Below, one piece after another: positions 21,042 through 31,503 of a stretch of 64,000 nucleotides of DNA. The position numbers and the translations under genes were made by a program. The notes below the pieces were generated by a model. It saw only the letters and a program-made list of their open reading frames with translations, was not told the DNA's origin and did not search any database. Each line of letters starts with the position of its first letter. Within the stretch, counting starts at the first letter, position 1. The DNA comes from a virus (taxonomy: Duplodnaviria > Heunggongvirae > Uroviricota > Caudoviricetes): IMG/VR virus record IMGVR_UViG_3300028048_000043, one strand, 5' to 3'.

Positions 21042-24000
21042 ATGGCTGAACAACGCTCATTATTAAAAAGTTTCAATACTGATTTTTTTCTTAAAGTTGA
21101 TTCGAATTCTGAAGAGCAACCGACAATAAGAATAAAACCAGGTTACGAAAATACGATTTTTATTAACGGTCGAAGAATAAGCGAGCTCGTTTCCCAAAAA
21201 CAAAAGGAGCTTTCTTTGACCGGAAACGATAATGTATTTAGTTTTTCCCCAGATGCACCTGCTCAAGATGTTAGTGGTCGAGTTATGTATGTTGAACCAA
21301 CTAATATATCGCTAACAACAATGAACGTTGATGCAAGTGATGCATCTCTTGCAAATACGTTACAGGACTTCCCGGATCCATCTAAAGTTCAAATCTATCA
21401 GGATCAAACCGATACATATTTTTGTGTAAAAGGAAAGAAAGTATGCGATGGGATCGCGACGTGTGATGTAAGTACAAGTGACGATTTTTTTTCTAGAGAT
21501 AAAAGACCAGAAAAAGGAAGTGTAATAAGAATATCTGATAGCTCTTCAGATTATTTCTTTACAATGATTTCGTTGGAAGACGAAATTCTTAGCGGACTAA
21601 AATACATAGATGGAAAAATAATTTTTGCAGCAGATTCAAGCGTTATTACTGCTTTGAATAATAACAATATTTCAGAGATTACAATTAGTCCTCGCGAAGT
21701 AGATGGAGACATCAAAGGATTTGATGAGAGAAAAATATATCTAAAAGAAAAATCCGACGGACACTATTTTGAACATACAATATTCAGAGATTATGTTGAA
21801 ATAAATCTAACACCAGAGAACGAAGCAGACGATTTAAGTGAAGATTCTATAATAAAAATAGAGGTTGATCAAGACCATTCATACGACGCGTCGCTATTGT
21901 ATTACGGACCGCTTTATACCGGAGAATTCTTCAAAACAGAAGAACATGGAGAAGAGGCGACTGTAGTATCTGATGTAGAAACTCTAGGATCTCTTAACAT
22001 CACTATTCCAACGCAGGAAGACAAACTTACTTCTCTGATGCAGTCTTCAATTGGAGAAACTCAAACTGACTTTATAGAGATTCCAAAAGAATGGATTGAT
22101 AATTATGGTATGGTTCATGTCCATATTGATGCTACGGACGACATATGGTTCGATTATAATCCAACTCCATCGAATGGACAAAATTCTGTAGAAGAATATG
22201 TATTTAATTCAGGATGGAGATACGAACAGTCTCTTTCAAGACCGGAAAGAATGGTTGGTGAAAAATCATCTTTCCAACTTCTTCGTGCAAACCCAAAACT
22301 AACAGGAAACGTCAAAGTTGTTGTTGACTCTAGCTCTAACATATATCTTGATACATTTAAGGTATCAAAAGCTTTATCACAGAAGAAATTCAGAAAAATA
22401 AAACTTAACCCATCTGATTATTACGGAAGATCGTTGATGACGGTTTTCAAAAACATATCAATGGATGATTTTTACAAAGTTGAGGATTTCTGTTATAACA
22501 TATTCTCATATTCTAACAACTTGAATGAACAATATTATGACAAATATAATTCAGGTGTAAGAACAAATACAGATAAGTTATATAAAGAGAATTTCTCTAT
22601 GCTTGCTCCTATTAAAATAAAGAGTGTTCTTCCTGATTTCTTTGTTGTATTTAAGGTGAAGCCAACAGACGGAAAATATTATGAAGATGAAGATACAAAC
22701 GAGAACAGAATAAAATACTTCATAAAGAATGGTGAGATTGTAAAAACTTACGATATGCGAGAAGGAAGTAACCTCGGCAAATTCATAAGAAACATTCAAA
22801 AACATTCCGAGGGGTATTCTGGAGATGTATTCGTATCATACGACTACAACACAGATAACGTTTATCACGGAATCTCTTTGGACAGGGGAGCCGTTGCCGA
22901 AATTCATGAATCAGTCGCGAATACTAGAGGTATAAAAAACCAGGCGTCGATGAATGACTGGTATACACTAGGATTCGAAAGAAATAAGATTGTTAGCAAA
23001 GATATCGTAAACCTTGAATTTATGTTTGACGATAAATCTGAAAATCTTTTCTCTTTAACCACATATTTCGGTTTGTATATAAGACTAAACGGAGAATCTG
23101 AAGACTTCAGCTGTGTCGACATCGTTAATGGTTATCCTAAATTCAATTATCCAGTAACCGGGAAAACATTCCGCCCAGAAGCGTACATGGATTTGATCTA
23201 TGGAATGTCTACTCCTGAAGAGTTTAAAAGACTTCCATTTAACATCCAAAGTTTAGACGCAAGCACACTGATGGCGGAATATAATAAGAAAGCCTATAAA
23301 AACGTTGCAAAAACATGCGTAATCGATATAGCGAATTATGAAGGATATTCGTTTGCGTCTGTAAAACTAAACGAATCTCTTGAACCAGGAGAACATTATA
23401 GAGTTATAGACTCATCTACAAAAAACATATATGAAGTTATCGCTTCTAATTACGAAAGCGAAAATTTTGACATAAGTGAGGTATCTAGCAATTCTTACAC
23501 GATTGGAGACGATGTTTATAACATACACACCGTTTCGATATATAATATTCCTTTCAGAACAGAGATTGATGAAAGGGATAAAGATGAACTGATATCAATG
23601 CACTGCCATCTTCTTTCTGCGGCATTCAACCAATTTGATGAGAAATTGATAATATCAGAAGATAATGGTTTGAATTCTGTATCTATACTTTATAACAGAG
23701 TGTTTAAAACTCCGTCAAAAAGAGCCATTTTCGATTCACTCGATGATTATGTAATATTGGAAAAAATTACTTCTTTAAGTGGAGTCACGAATGCCCAGAG
23801 AGAAATAATGTATACAAGAAAAGACGAATCGTCTTATTTGTTTGGTTTGGACTCAATCGAAAGCGTAATTGTCAATTATAGTTCTTCAACTCCTTTATAT
23901 CCATATGGATTTGATATGACTGGGGATAGACAAACTTATAGCGCTTTCTTTGTTCCTCTCAAAGATGAATATGGAAATTTGACGGCATATCTTGTAAATT

Positions 24001-26438
24001 CAAACATAACAGATGATATAAAGAAAGTAAAAAGTTGCATATATCCTTCTTCTAACGAAAATGCAATTTATAAAGGATTCGAGATATCAAGCGTTTCAAA
24101 TTCTAAGAGAGTTATAAAACATAGCGTTTTGTCTACACCCGGATTCGGAACAGGAGATAATCACATAATGATGTTTGAAAGCGACAGCCTTCCTACAGTG
24201 AACAGAAATTATATCATGTTCTATGAATCTTATCCTATTAACGCAGGATTGTGTTCAATATTTTCTATAAAGGATATCTTTACCGATGTTCTTGATGCAA
24301 GCAGCTATCTAGACAAATTTGGTGAAGATGCATCTGCAATAAGCAAATATTACGGAGAATATAACGAAAACACGGTGTTCGGTCCATCTACGGTTTACGG
24401 TGGCACCCCGGTTTCAGAGGATAATATATGTAACTATTTTGATAAAGATGGCAGATATGATGTCTCTATCCTTGATTCGTCTGTAGCAGAAGACACGTTG
24501 TTAACAAACATGTACAATTCAGCTAAGTATACATCTGATATATCGTTGATTTATAACTATTGTTGCAAATTTAAAACACTTGGAACAGATTTCGTTGGAA
24601 ATAAAATGAGGGTGATGTATGATTTAACAAGGTCATACAATACATCTGACGTTCGTCCTGAGTTTGGTAACGAATTTCCTGGATTTGTAACGATAGACCA
24701 AAGTGTTGGAACATCTTATCCAAAATATATAAACAATAATATCGTTTACAAAGACCATGTCCTTTATAGAGATTATATACTGAATGGAGAAGGATCTATA
24801 GACGATACGTTGTATTTTGAAGGATCAACGTTCGATAAATTTTCAACAGCTTACAGAAACGGTTTAGATTCTCTTGAGTTCATTTCATCCGGAATAAAAT
24901 TGAGAATAAAATCTAACAACCTTGGCATTTTCAACATAGCAAAATACGATGGATATTCTGCTATTCTTATTTGTTGTGCAGGAAACAACCCTCTATCAAA
25001 CAAAGCCGTTGACTTAATAATAGATGAACCAAGTAAAGAACTTGCTGTTATTTTCTATAACGGAACACCTTCTAGCGATATGATTATAGACGGAAGTGTT
25101 ATTACGTCAAATATCATAAACGTTCCGCACTGGAATAAACTTACTGATAGCTCCTTTATCGATGGATCTCTTGGAACAAAGGTTTCATATCAAGATGACA
25201 AATCTGATAAAGAATTTAACGGATTAACAATGTTGAACGGTTCACGTTCATTATATGACTATATGGAGGATAAGCTAAAATGGATATCCTCTAATAACGG
25301 TGTTATGATTGATTCGATTGGTGATGTATCAGCATATATTTTAAATGGAGACAATCTATTGATGATTTCAGATTCGTCTTTAATGAGTCATACACAGCAT
25401 AACATTGATGCTTATTTTGAGTCAGATGTTCCGGCAGACATGTTTATATTCGGAAACGCTGTCGAAGGAGAAATGACATCAAATGGAAAAACTTTGACAC
25501 ATGAAGCGGTAAACGAAATTCTGAGTGAATCTAAAAACTACTCTATATTTGTCAAAACTGAGAACGGTTTGAAAAACTTCACATCAATACAGGATATAAT
25601 AGAAACAAAAGTAATAGGAATCGAGGACAATTTAAGTAGAGAAGATACAAACTTTGAAAAATTGCTCGACGGAAGCGCATATTCAACATACGCTGAACCA
25701 GTAACAAAGGATATGATTTCGTTTGATTATTCATATGACACTCTTTCTACAATTTTTGAAAAATCTTTTGACGGATGTAATTTAAGAATCAAAACAATTG
25801 AAAACGTTGACCAGATATTTCTTAAAAAATATTCGACAGATGATTTCACTCAAGATGGTCAGAAAAAAACAGGAATATCCGAATTTTATGATTTGTGTCC
25901 AGTAAAAAATACATTTGAAACAAAACTGTTTAGAACGTTTACGGATCCTGTAAACTTCCAGGAAGAAACTGGTGTGCAGACGGGTTATATAAAAAACACC
26001 TTCCTTGGTTCTCAGGCTATAACTTTAAATGGATTGGACGGAAACGAACTGAACATACAAACATGGTTAAATTCTTCTTACTCAAGAAATATTACAAAGC
26101 TTAACGTGACTGATAGTATATATGAACACGTTATGCGTTCTCCAGGTTTCAAATCGATATGGGCTGCTATAGGTTCCGTAGAAGATTCATATAAGAGCAA
26201 GTTCATAAAGAACACTATTATTGATCTTATAAATGTCACAGAAAATTGTAAATTGGAGATTTATAAAAAACAAAATTCTGGTGTGTTTGAATTTGCTCGT
26301 TCAGAATCAGATTTTTCTGGATATGATAAGGTTAACAATGTTGAAAACAAGATATATAAAGATGGGGACTCATATTTCATAGAGATTACGAATCTTGAAC
26401 AAATGAAATATGCCGTCAAACTAAATATTAAATTGTAA
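21042..26438 (+). CDS. Very large putative baseplate/tail protein
   Basis: 1798-aa beta-rich ORF in late operon. Confidence 0.55.
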   Translation: MAEQRSLLKSFNTDFFLKVDSNSEEQPTIRIKPGYENTIFINGRRISELVSQKQKELSLTGNDNVFSFSPDAPAQDVSGRVMYVEPTNISLTTMNVDASDASLANTLQDFPDPSKVQIYQDQTDTYFCVKGKKVCDGIATCDVSTSDDFFSRDKRPEKGSVIRISDSSSDYFFTMISLEDEILSGLKYIDGKIIFAADSSVITALNNNNISEITISPREVDGDIKGFDERKIYLKEKSDGHYFEHTIFRDYVEINLTPENEADDLSEDSIIKIEVDQDHSYDASLLYYGPLYTGEFFKTEEHGEEATVVSDVETLGSLNITIPTQEDKLTSLMQSSIGETQTDFIEIPKEWIDNYGMVHVHIDATDDIWFDYNPTPSNGQNSVEEYVFNSGWRYEQSLSRPERMVGEKSSFQLLRANPKLTGNVKVVVDSSSNIYLDTFKVSKALSQKKFRKIKLNPSDYYGRSLMTVFKNISMDDFYKVEDFCYNIFSYSNNLNEQYYDKYNSGVRTNTDKLYKENFSMLAPIKIKSVLPDFFVVFKVKPTDGKYYEDEDTNENRIKYFIKNGEIVKTYDMREGSNLGKFIRNIQKHSEGYSGDVFVSYDYNTDNVYHGISLDRGAVAEIHESVANTRGIKNQASMNDWYTLGFERNKIVSKDIVNLEFMFDDKSENLFSLTTYFGLYIRLNGESEDFSCVDIVNGYPKFNYPVTGKTFRPEAYMDLIYGMSTPEEFKRLPFNIQSLDASTLMAEYNKKAYKNVAKTCVIDIANYEGYSFASVKLNESLEPGEHYRVIDSSTKNIYEVIASNYESENFDISEVSSNSYTIGDDVYNIHTVSIYNIPFRTEIDERDKDELISMHCHLLSAAFNQFDEKLIISEDNGLNSVSILYNRVFKTPSKRAIFDSLDDYVILEKITSLSGVTNAQREIMYTRKDESSYLFGLDSIESVIVNYSSSTPLYPYGFDMTGDRQTYSAFFVPLKDEYGNLTAYLVNSNITDDIKKVKSCIYPSSNENAIYKGFEISSVSNSKRVIKHSVLSTPGFGTGDNHIMMFESDSLPTVNRNYIMFYESYPINAGLCSIFSIKDIFTDVLDASSYLDKFGEDASAISKYYGEYNENTVFGPSTVYGGTPVSEDNICNYFDKDGRYDVSILDSSVAEDTLLTNMYNSAKYTSDISLIYNYCCKFKTLGTDFVGNKMRVMYDLTRSYNTSDVRPEFGNEFPGFVTIDQSVGTSYPKYINNNIVYKDHVLYRDYILNGEGSIDDTLYFEGSTFDKFSTAYRNGLDSLEFISSGIKLRIKSNNLGIFNIAKYDGYSAILICCAGNNPLSNKAVDLIIDEPSKELAVIFYNGTPSSDMIIDGSVITSNIINVPHWNKLTDSSFIDGSLGTKVSYQDDKSDKEFNGLTMLNGSRSLYDYMEDKLKWISSNNGVMIDSIGDVSAYILNGDNLLMISDSSLMSHTQHNIDAYFESDVPADMFIFGNAVEGEMTSNGKTLTHEAVNEILSESKNYSIFVKTENGLKNFTSIQDIIETKVIGIEDNLSREDTNFEKLLDGSAYSTYAEPVTKDMISFDYSYDTLSTIFEKSFDGCNLRIKTIENVDQIFLKKYSTDDFTQDGQKKTGISEFYDLCPVKNTFETKLFRTFTDPVNFQEETGVQTGYIKNTFLGSQAITLNGLDGNELNIQTWLNSSYSRNITKLNVTDSIYEHVMRSPGFKSIWAAIGSVEDSYKSKFIKNTIIDLINVTENCKLEIYKKQNSGVFEFARSESDFSGYDKVNNVENKIYKDGDSYFIEITNLEQMKYAVKLNIKL

Positions 26439-26803
26439 TGTCACAAAGATTTATATACGCTGTATCAGATAACGAATCTTTGGATCCAAATCGTCTGTTC
26501 ACTGGAAGGATAAGCAATCACCCTGAAGCAGAAGAAGGATGCAAAGGAAAGGATGGAACATCTCTTTATTTTGTTGACTATGATATTGATAATGACTATG
26601 TGAAAGAGTCTGTAAGACGAAAAATTGATTTAAATGAAGCTTTGACAAAAGGAAACTCTGAAGAAATAATCGGAAGAAAATATATTGAAGGTGATTTAAT
26701 ATTATCGTCTCATCTCAATGTATATAAACTTGTCAAATCTACGGATAACAACTATAACTTCGATATAGAACATATCGGAAAAATAAGAAGAAAAACTGAA
26801 TAA
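26438..26803 (+). CDS. Small protein with short G-X-Y motif (paralog 1)
   Basis: GCKGKDGTSLYF...GDLIL. Confidence 0.65.
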   Translation: MSQRFIYAVSDNESLDPNRLFTGRISNHPEAEEGCKGKDGTSLYFVDYDIDNDYVKESVRRKIDLNEALTKGNSEEIIGRKYIEGDLILSSHLNVYKLVKSTDNNYNFDIEHIGKIRRKTE

Positions 26804-26804
26804 A

Positions 26805-27089
26805 ATGGTCATTCTTCATAAAGGATTAAATGGATATTCTCTACAGGGAACGAAAGGTAAAACTGGAGAGAGGGGAATTTCTGTATTTTTTTGCGCATAT
26901 GACATCGAAGATAATTTTGAAACCGTTTTAGATATAATATCAAATGACGGAACATTATCCGACAACGTCAATGTTCAATATCTTGAAAAAGTTAATTATA
27001 AAGATGGTGATATAATAATTGACAGAAGTGGAGGAATATACGTTTTATCCAACAAAACTCCAATATTAAAACGAAGCATTTTTAACTAA
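26805..27089 (+). CDS. Small protein with short G-X-Y motif (paralog 2)
   Basis: GTKGKTGERGISVFF...GDIII. Confidence 0.65.
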   Translation: MVILHKGLNGYSLQGTKGKTGERGISVFFCAYDIEDNFETVLDIISNDGTLSDNVNVQYLEKVNYKDGDIIIDRSGGIYVLSNKTPILKRSIFN

Positions 27090-27388
27090 TGAAAGATGTA
27101 TACGGGAAAACGTCTGTCATGTCATGCATAGTGACCGGTACAGAAGGTGAACGAGGCGCGTCTACATTTTTTGGTCCACCAAAAAATCCAGGAGACGCAT
27201 CGACAGCATTTAACGATGAATGCTACATAGATGGTGACGTAAGCGAAAAAATAAAAATTAACGATATAATCCTTTATTTCAAAAACAACACGTTTACTTC
27301 ATACAAAGTATATGACATTGATAGTAGTTCTGGAAGCAAAATAAAAGCATCTGTTATAGATAGAATAACGCTCAGCTTACAAGAATAA
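27089..27388 (+). CDS. Small protein with short G-X-Y motif (paralog 3)
   Basis: GTEGERGASTFF...NDIIL. Confidence 0.65.
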   Translation: MKDVYGKTSVMSCIVTGTEGERGASTFFGPPKNPGDASTAFNDECYIDGDVSEKIKINDIILYFKNNTFTSYKVYDIDSSSGSKIKASVIDRITLSLQE

Positions 27389-27410
27389 AGACAGTCTCAA
27401 GACTGTCTTT
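27387..27410. terminator. Bidirectional intrinsic terminator
   Basis: AAAGACAGTC-TCAA-GACTGTCTTT between convergent genes. Confidence 0.8.
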
Positions 27411-28356
27411 TGTGTTTTATAACTTTCCATAGAACATCTTCAACCGGACATCTTGGATCAATCTGAACAATACATGCTGGTCGTTGTTCTTTCCTATCCG
27501 GAATAAGATTTTCCAGAAGTATACCAGAATAAAAACACTTTTTCGCTTCTAATATCAAGTTTTCGAATTTTTCACAATCAAACTTTCTATATTCATTGTC
27601 GTCCCAGGAGTACCCGCTATATTTTTCTGTTGGTGGAATGGTCTTCACTCGACTTCCTATACAGTTTGTCATATCGGCCGAACTTACGTCTCCAGACGGT
27701 TGAGGGATAAAGTTGTATTTCAGCATTTGCATATGAGTGTAATATTCATCGCCAAATATATCAATCAAACAGATACCAATCAAACAATCATCAACATGTT
27801 CAACACATATTCGATGATTTAAATCCATATCACAGTACATATACTTGAGTCCAACCTTTCTTATCGCTCTCATCAATTCATAACTCATTATCATCATATC
27901 TCCTCTCGGGTAAATATCGTTAAGATATTCTTCAGACGATGCGTTGACATGAGTGTTTATCGCGTTGCAATAAACAACATCTTTTTTCATATCGTTTATT
28001 ACTCTATCAAGCACCCTTAGATTTATAAACGTTGATATGTTTATCCTAACTATGAAATCATATTTCGTACTGCAATCATCTATTAGATAGTCAAAAGATT
28101 CTATAGTCTTTTCAAACGTACGGTAAACACCTTCATCTTCATTCAGAGATATTGAAGTCAACCCTTTGTTTTCATAAACGCTATAAGGCTCGCTTGATTC
28201 AACTTCTTTGCAAGAGTAATATTCATAAAAATGATATTCGTTTTTGAATTCATTTTTATTATCAAGGTAGTCTTTAATAACTGTATTTTTGAATGATTCT
28301 ACGTTTCTTTTCGCAGGATCGAACATTGTAGACATTATAAGAATACCTATATTCAT
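27397..28356 (-). CDS. Putative GT-A glycosyltransferase (GT31/galactosyltransferase-like)
   Basis: KTIESFDYL...YDFIVRINISTFIN..L, YPRGDMMIMS, VDDCLIG. Confidence 0.6.
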   Translation of the reverse strand: MNIGILIMSTMFDPAKRNVESFKNTVIKDYLDNKNEFKNEYHFYEYYSCKEVESSEPYSVYENKGLTSISLNEDEGVYRTFEKTIESFDYLIDDCSTKYDFIVRINISTFINLRVLDRVINDMKKDVVYCNAINTHVNASSEEYLNDIYPRGDMMIMSYELMRAIRKVGLKYMYCDMDLNHRICVEHVDDCLIGICLIDIFGDEYYTHMQMLKYNFIPQPSGDVSSADMTNCIGSRVKTIPPTEKYSGYSWDDNEYRKFDCEKFENLILEAKKCFYSGILLENLIPDRKEQRPACIVQIDPRCPVEDVLWKVIKHKRQS

Positions 28357-29195
28357 AAATCTAATAGATTGTATTTTGGATGAATATATTGAGCTGGAAG
28401 TCTGTTTACAACAACTTCGTAATTCGGGACATTAAACATAATAATTGCATTTTGCCCGTCTTTATAATTATAATACCTGTCTAATATATCTTCGTATAGT
28501 CCTTCGATCTTATCAAAATATTTTTTTGCAGACCAGTTCTTTACCTTATCTTCAGCGTTTTTTCTTATCCATGAAAGATGATGCATCTTAACAACATCCC
28601 AATTGAATATACAGAATTTTACACCAGAGTCCTCAATTTTATATCTCCTTGTAGGATCGCTTGGTTTGTCGAAACTCCCGTTCTTAAAATCAAATCTATA
28701 TTTGATATCAGTGATAAATGGAACATAACAAAGGAACGGCCACACCATAACGTGATTATAATCCCTGTAATAATTTATATACTGACAATACGATATCGAT
28801 ACGTTAGGGTCGTTAAAAACTATGTCCTTTGCCTTTTTAAAATCATCGTGATCATAAAACTCATCACTGTCGATTACAATGGCATACGTACATCCATCAT
28901 CCTGTAAACTATCAAGAATATAATTTCGTTTGTCAGTTTCGATTGCCCTTGGCGTCTCCGGAAGGCTTGCATCATACTCGTTGCTGGCTTCGAACCAGAT
29001 TATTTTATCAACAAGCTTTTCTTCTTTAAGTTTTTCTATTTCTACAATTATTTTGTCGTCTATCGGGTCCCCGTGATAAGAAACATTTTGTAAGCACACG
29101 GTTACGACATCACACAAATCCCTTATCTCTGTAATTATGTTTTTGAGATGCAGCGTGTCATCGAACGCCACTATTCCAAGACCTAACTTATCCAT
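28353..29195 (-). CDS. Putative GT2-like glycosyltransferase
   Basis: ETDKRN, YAIVIDSDEFY DxD motif, MHHLSWIR. Confidence 0.7.
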   Translation of the reverse strand: MDKLGLGIVAFDDTLHLKNIITEIRDLCDVVTVCLQNVSYHGDPIDDKIIVEIEKLKEEKLVDKIIWFEASNEYDASLPETPRAIETDKRNYILDSLQDDGCTYAIVIDSDEFYDHDDFKKAKDIVFNDPNVSISYCQYINYYRDYNHVMVWPFLCYVPFITDIKYRFDFKNGSFDKPSDPTRRYKIEDSGVKFCIFNWDVVKMHHLSWIRKNAEDKVKNWSAKKYFDKIEGLYEDILDRYYNYKDGQNAIIMFNVPNYEVVVNRLPAQYIHPKYNLLDL

Positions 29196-29219
29196 TCTGC
29201 GTTTATTATTTCTTTAATT

Positions 29220-29247
29220 ATTATATGCAAAAAACTCGAAAAAGTTT
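29220..29247 (-). promoter_or_regulatory. Candidate phage ECF-sigma promoter AAAC-N15-GCATATAAT
   Basis: Same boxes and spacing as 41665-41692; upstream of GT pair. Confidence 0.6.
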
Positions 29248-29256
29248 TTTAACAAA

Positions 29257-29277
29257 AAAGCCGGATTAACCGGCTTT
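29257..29277 (-). terminator. Intrinsic terminator
   Basis: AAAGCCGG-ATTAA-CCGGCTTT hairpin, U tract on minus strand. Confidence 0.75.
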
Positions 29278-29279
29278 AA

Positions 29280-29795
29280 TCATTTCATTGTTGATAGGAA
29301 TTTTGATTTTCTAAGGAAATGAATCAAATCATCAATCTCATTAACAATCCCGTCATAACTTGAATCATCACTTATACATTCTTTAACAGTTTTACACCAA
29401 GTCAAAGTTTCATCAAGACATGGTTCAAGTGCACTTGATTTAGGCATAAACGGAACCAATTGTCCGACCTTTATTCTGTATCCCACAACTCCCATAAAAT
29501 CTTCAGCTATATTATCTTCTACCGATTCCAACTCGGATATAATATCATCTGTTAACTTATGATCAGCGTTTCTTTCCAATTCCCAATGAAGCTCACGGAA
29601 CCTTATTCTTGCTCCTTCTATAAACCTTATAAAATCTAGAACAAAATCCTCCCTTGATCTTGTTGGTTCTTGGATGTTTCCATTTTCATCTTTTGAATTA
29701 GCTATAGCGATAATAGCATTAGCCATCAGGTCTGATCCGTATTTTGTATTCAAATCTTCCAGAAGTACTCTGTCTTTTCTATTCATTCTTGCCAT
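29280..29795 (-). CDS. Ferritin/Dps-like four-helix-bundle protein
   Basis: RFRELHW...ADHKLTD...EDNIAEDFMG...K.KFL, Dps-like ferroxidase pattern. Confidence 0.7.
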   Translation of the reverse strand: MARMNRKDRVLLEDLNTKYGSDLMANAIIAIANSKDENGNIQEPTRSREDFVLDFIRFIEGARIRFRELHWELERNADHKLTDDIISELESVEDNIAEDFMGVVGYRIKVGQLVPFMPKSSALEPCLDETLTWCKTVKECISDDSSYDGIVNEIDDLIHFLRKSKFLSTMK

Positions 29796-29822
29796 AAAAA
29801 TAAAGAGATATTTTCTCTATAT

Positions 29823-31385
29823 TTATTTTTTCTGAAGATTAACGTTATACAAATTACAAGGGAAACCTCTCTTTCGATAAATGTCATATCTTTCCATCCC
29901 ATGCTTCCACAAATAGTTGTCGTTTCTTTTGTCCCCTCCGAATCTGAAATCATCGACAAAATCTATCATCATCGTCTTGTCCTTTCCTTCATATCGTCTC
30001 ATGCCTCTACCAAGAATCTGAGCTATTGTATTCTCTGCTTTTGTGGTTTCAACAAGGAATATGTTCCAAATGTTTCCGATATCGATTCCTTCGGAAAAAC
30101 ATTGCATGGATGCAACTATTATTGTATTGCCTGTCTTATCGTTTTCCATCTCTGCAATAATTTCAGAACGAACCTTAGATTTTATATTTCCATCTATATA
30201 GAATACTCTTTTATTTGTATAATCTTTCAACTGATTATAAAATTTTCTTCCATATTCGTGCTGTATATCTGTAAATATAACCAAACTGTTTTTTGTTGTT
30301 TTGGATATCATATCACAGATGTATTTGAACCGCGTGTAGCTTTCTTTTGCCAGACGCTTTTCAGCGTTAAGTATTTTTCCTCCTATCGTAGGGTCCTCCT
30401 TCTTATCTACGGTTCTTAGATCGTGAAGGGCTTTCTTCTTTTCTTGGTCAAGATAATCAAGCCCGATGACGCTTACAACAACATTCGTCGCAAATTTTTC
30501 CTCATTAATAAGCTCATACGAAGAATATCTATAAACAATCGGTCCGATATAGCTTTGCAGAACGAAACTGTCGTAACTGTCATCTTCCGGAAATGTACCG
30601 GTCATTCCAAATTTATAAATGGCGTTGTCACACTTTTTCAAAATTGTTCGGCATGATCTGCACTGACCGTGATGAGCCTCGTCAAGTATCACGGCATCGA
30701 ACTGTTTAAAGAATTCATCATTCTTTCTACAGATGGATTGATAATTACCAAATATAATATCGCATTTTGAAAAGTCTTGTTTCTTCTTCGCATTTGCGTG
30801 AATCTCACCATATGTCCAATCCGTTTTCAATCCGTTTTCTTTATCATATTTGATATATTTGTCTGCGGATTGTGTAGTAAGTTCCGTTTTTGGAGTAACA
30901 AACAGAATTTTTTTCACACCAAGATAATCGCGAAGAAACCTGAAAAGCATATATGATATTAATGTTTTTCCTCCTGATGTTGATATTTCAACGCAGCAAT
31001 TTTTATAGTGAATCATATTGTATACAGACTCAACTTGATATTTTCTTGGTTTCATTGTTGAGTTTTCAAACATATTCTCTATAAAAGCATCAAATTCCTC
31101 TCTTGAAACGTTTGAAGTTGTCATTCTTTGATTAAAATCATCATCGAATAACAAATAATAATTAAAAGATTTACAAACGTTTATGAGCTCAACCCAAAGC
31201 CCAGAAGGGATAAGTCCGTAACTATTCATAAACGACTCATCTACGTTTGCATTTGGATTCTTTTTCTTGATGATATACCACTGGTTTATCTTCTTGATGA
31301 ACTTCGATCTGACGACACTAACTTCGTCTGGATTTCCTTCAACAAGAAGCCATTTATTGTTATCTGTAAGCTTAGCAGTAATCAT
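29823..31385 (-). CDS. uvsW: UvsW-like SF2 helicase
   Basis: PRKYQ, STSGGKT, DEAH, GMTGT, FSEGID, QILGRGMR, DFVDD...H..ER..IY. Confidence 0.9.
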   Translation of the reverse strand: MITAKLTDNNKWLLVEGNPDEVSVVRSKFIKKINQWYIIKKKNPNANVDESFMNSYGLIPSGLWVELINVCKSFNYYLLFDDDFNQRMTTSNVSREEFDAFIENMFENSTMKPRKYQVESVYNMIHYKNCCVEISTSGGKTLISYMLFRFLRDYLGVKKILFVTPKTELTTQSADKYIKYDKENGLKTDWTYGEIHANAKKKQDFSKCDIIFGNYQSICRKNDEFFKQFDAVILDEAHHGQCRSCRTILKKCDNAIYKFGMTGTFPEDDSYDSFVLQSYIGPIVYRYSSYELINEEKFATNVVVSVIGLDYLDQEKKKALHDLRTVDKKEDPTIGGKILNAEKRLAKESYTRFKYICDMISKTTKNSLVIFTDIQHEYGRKFYNQLKDYTNKRVFYIDGNIKSKVRSEIIAEMENDKTGNTIIVASMQCFSEGIDIGNIWNIFLVETTKAENTIAQILGRGMRRYEGKDKTMMIDFVDDFRFGGDKRNDNYLWKHGMERYDIYRKRGFPCNLYNVNLQKK

Positions 31386-31396
31386 ACCTTATACCT

Positions 31397-31410
31397 TGCA
31401 AATATACTGA
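31397..31410 (-). promoter_or_regulatory. Bacteroidota sigma-A-type promoter of uvsW
   Basis: TCAGTATATTTGCA 11 nt before ATG. Confidence 0.75.
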
Positions 31411-31503
31411 AAATTATTAAATTATGAAAACTTTTCCTTGATGTATTTATCCAAATCAAGGATTTGTTCAAAAGTGGATAAATACAGAAAGTAATAATTT
31501 ACA

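Noticed and set aside
29901-30656. Antisense/overlapping ORFs in the six-frame track (here and elsewhere, e.g. 53684-54133)
   Set aside because: Shadows of long genuine genes, with no promoter motif or recognisable domain
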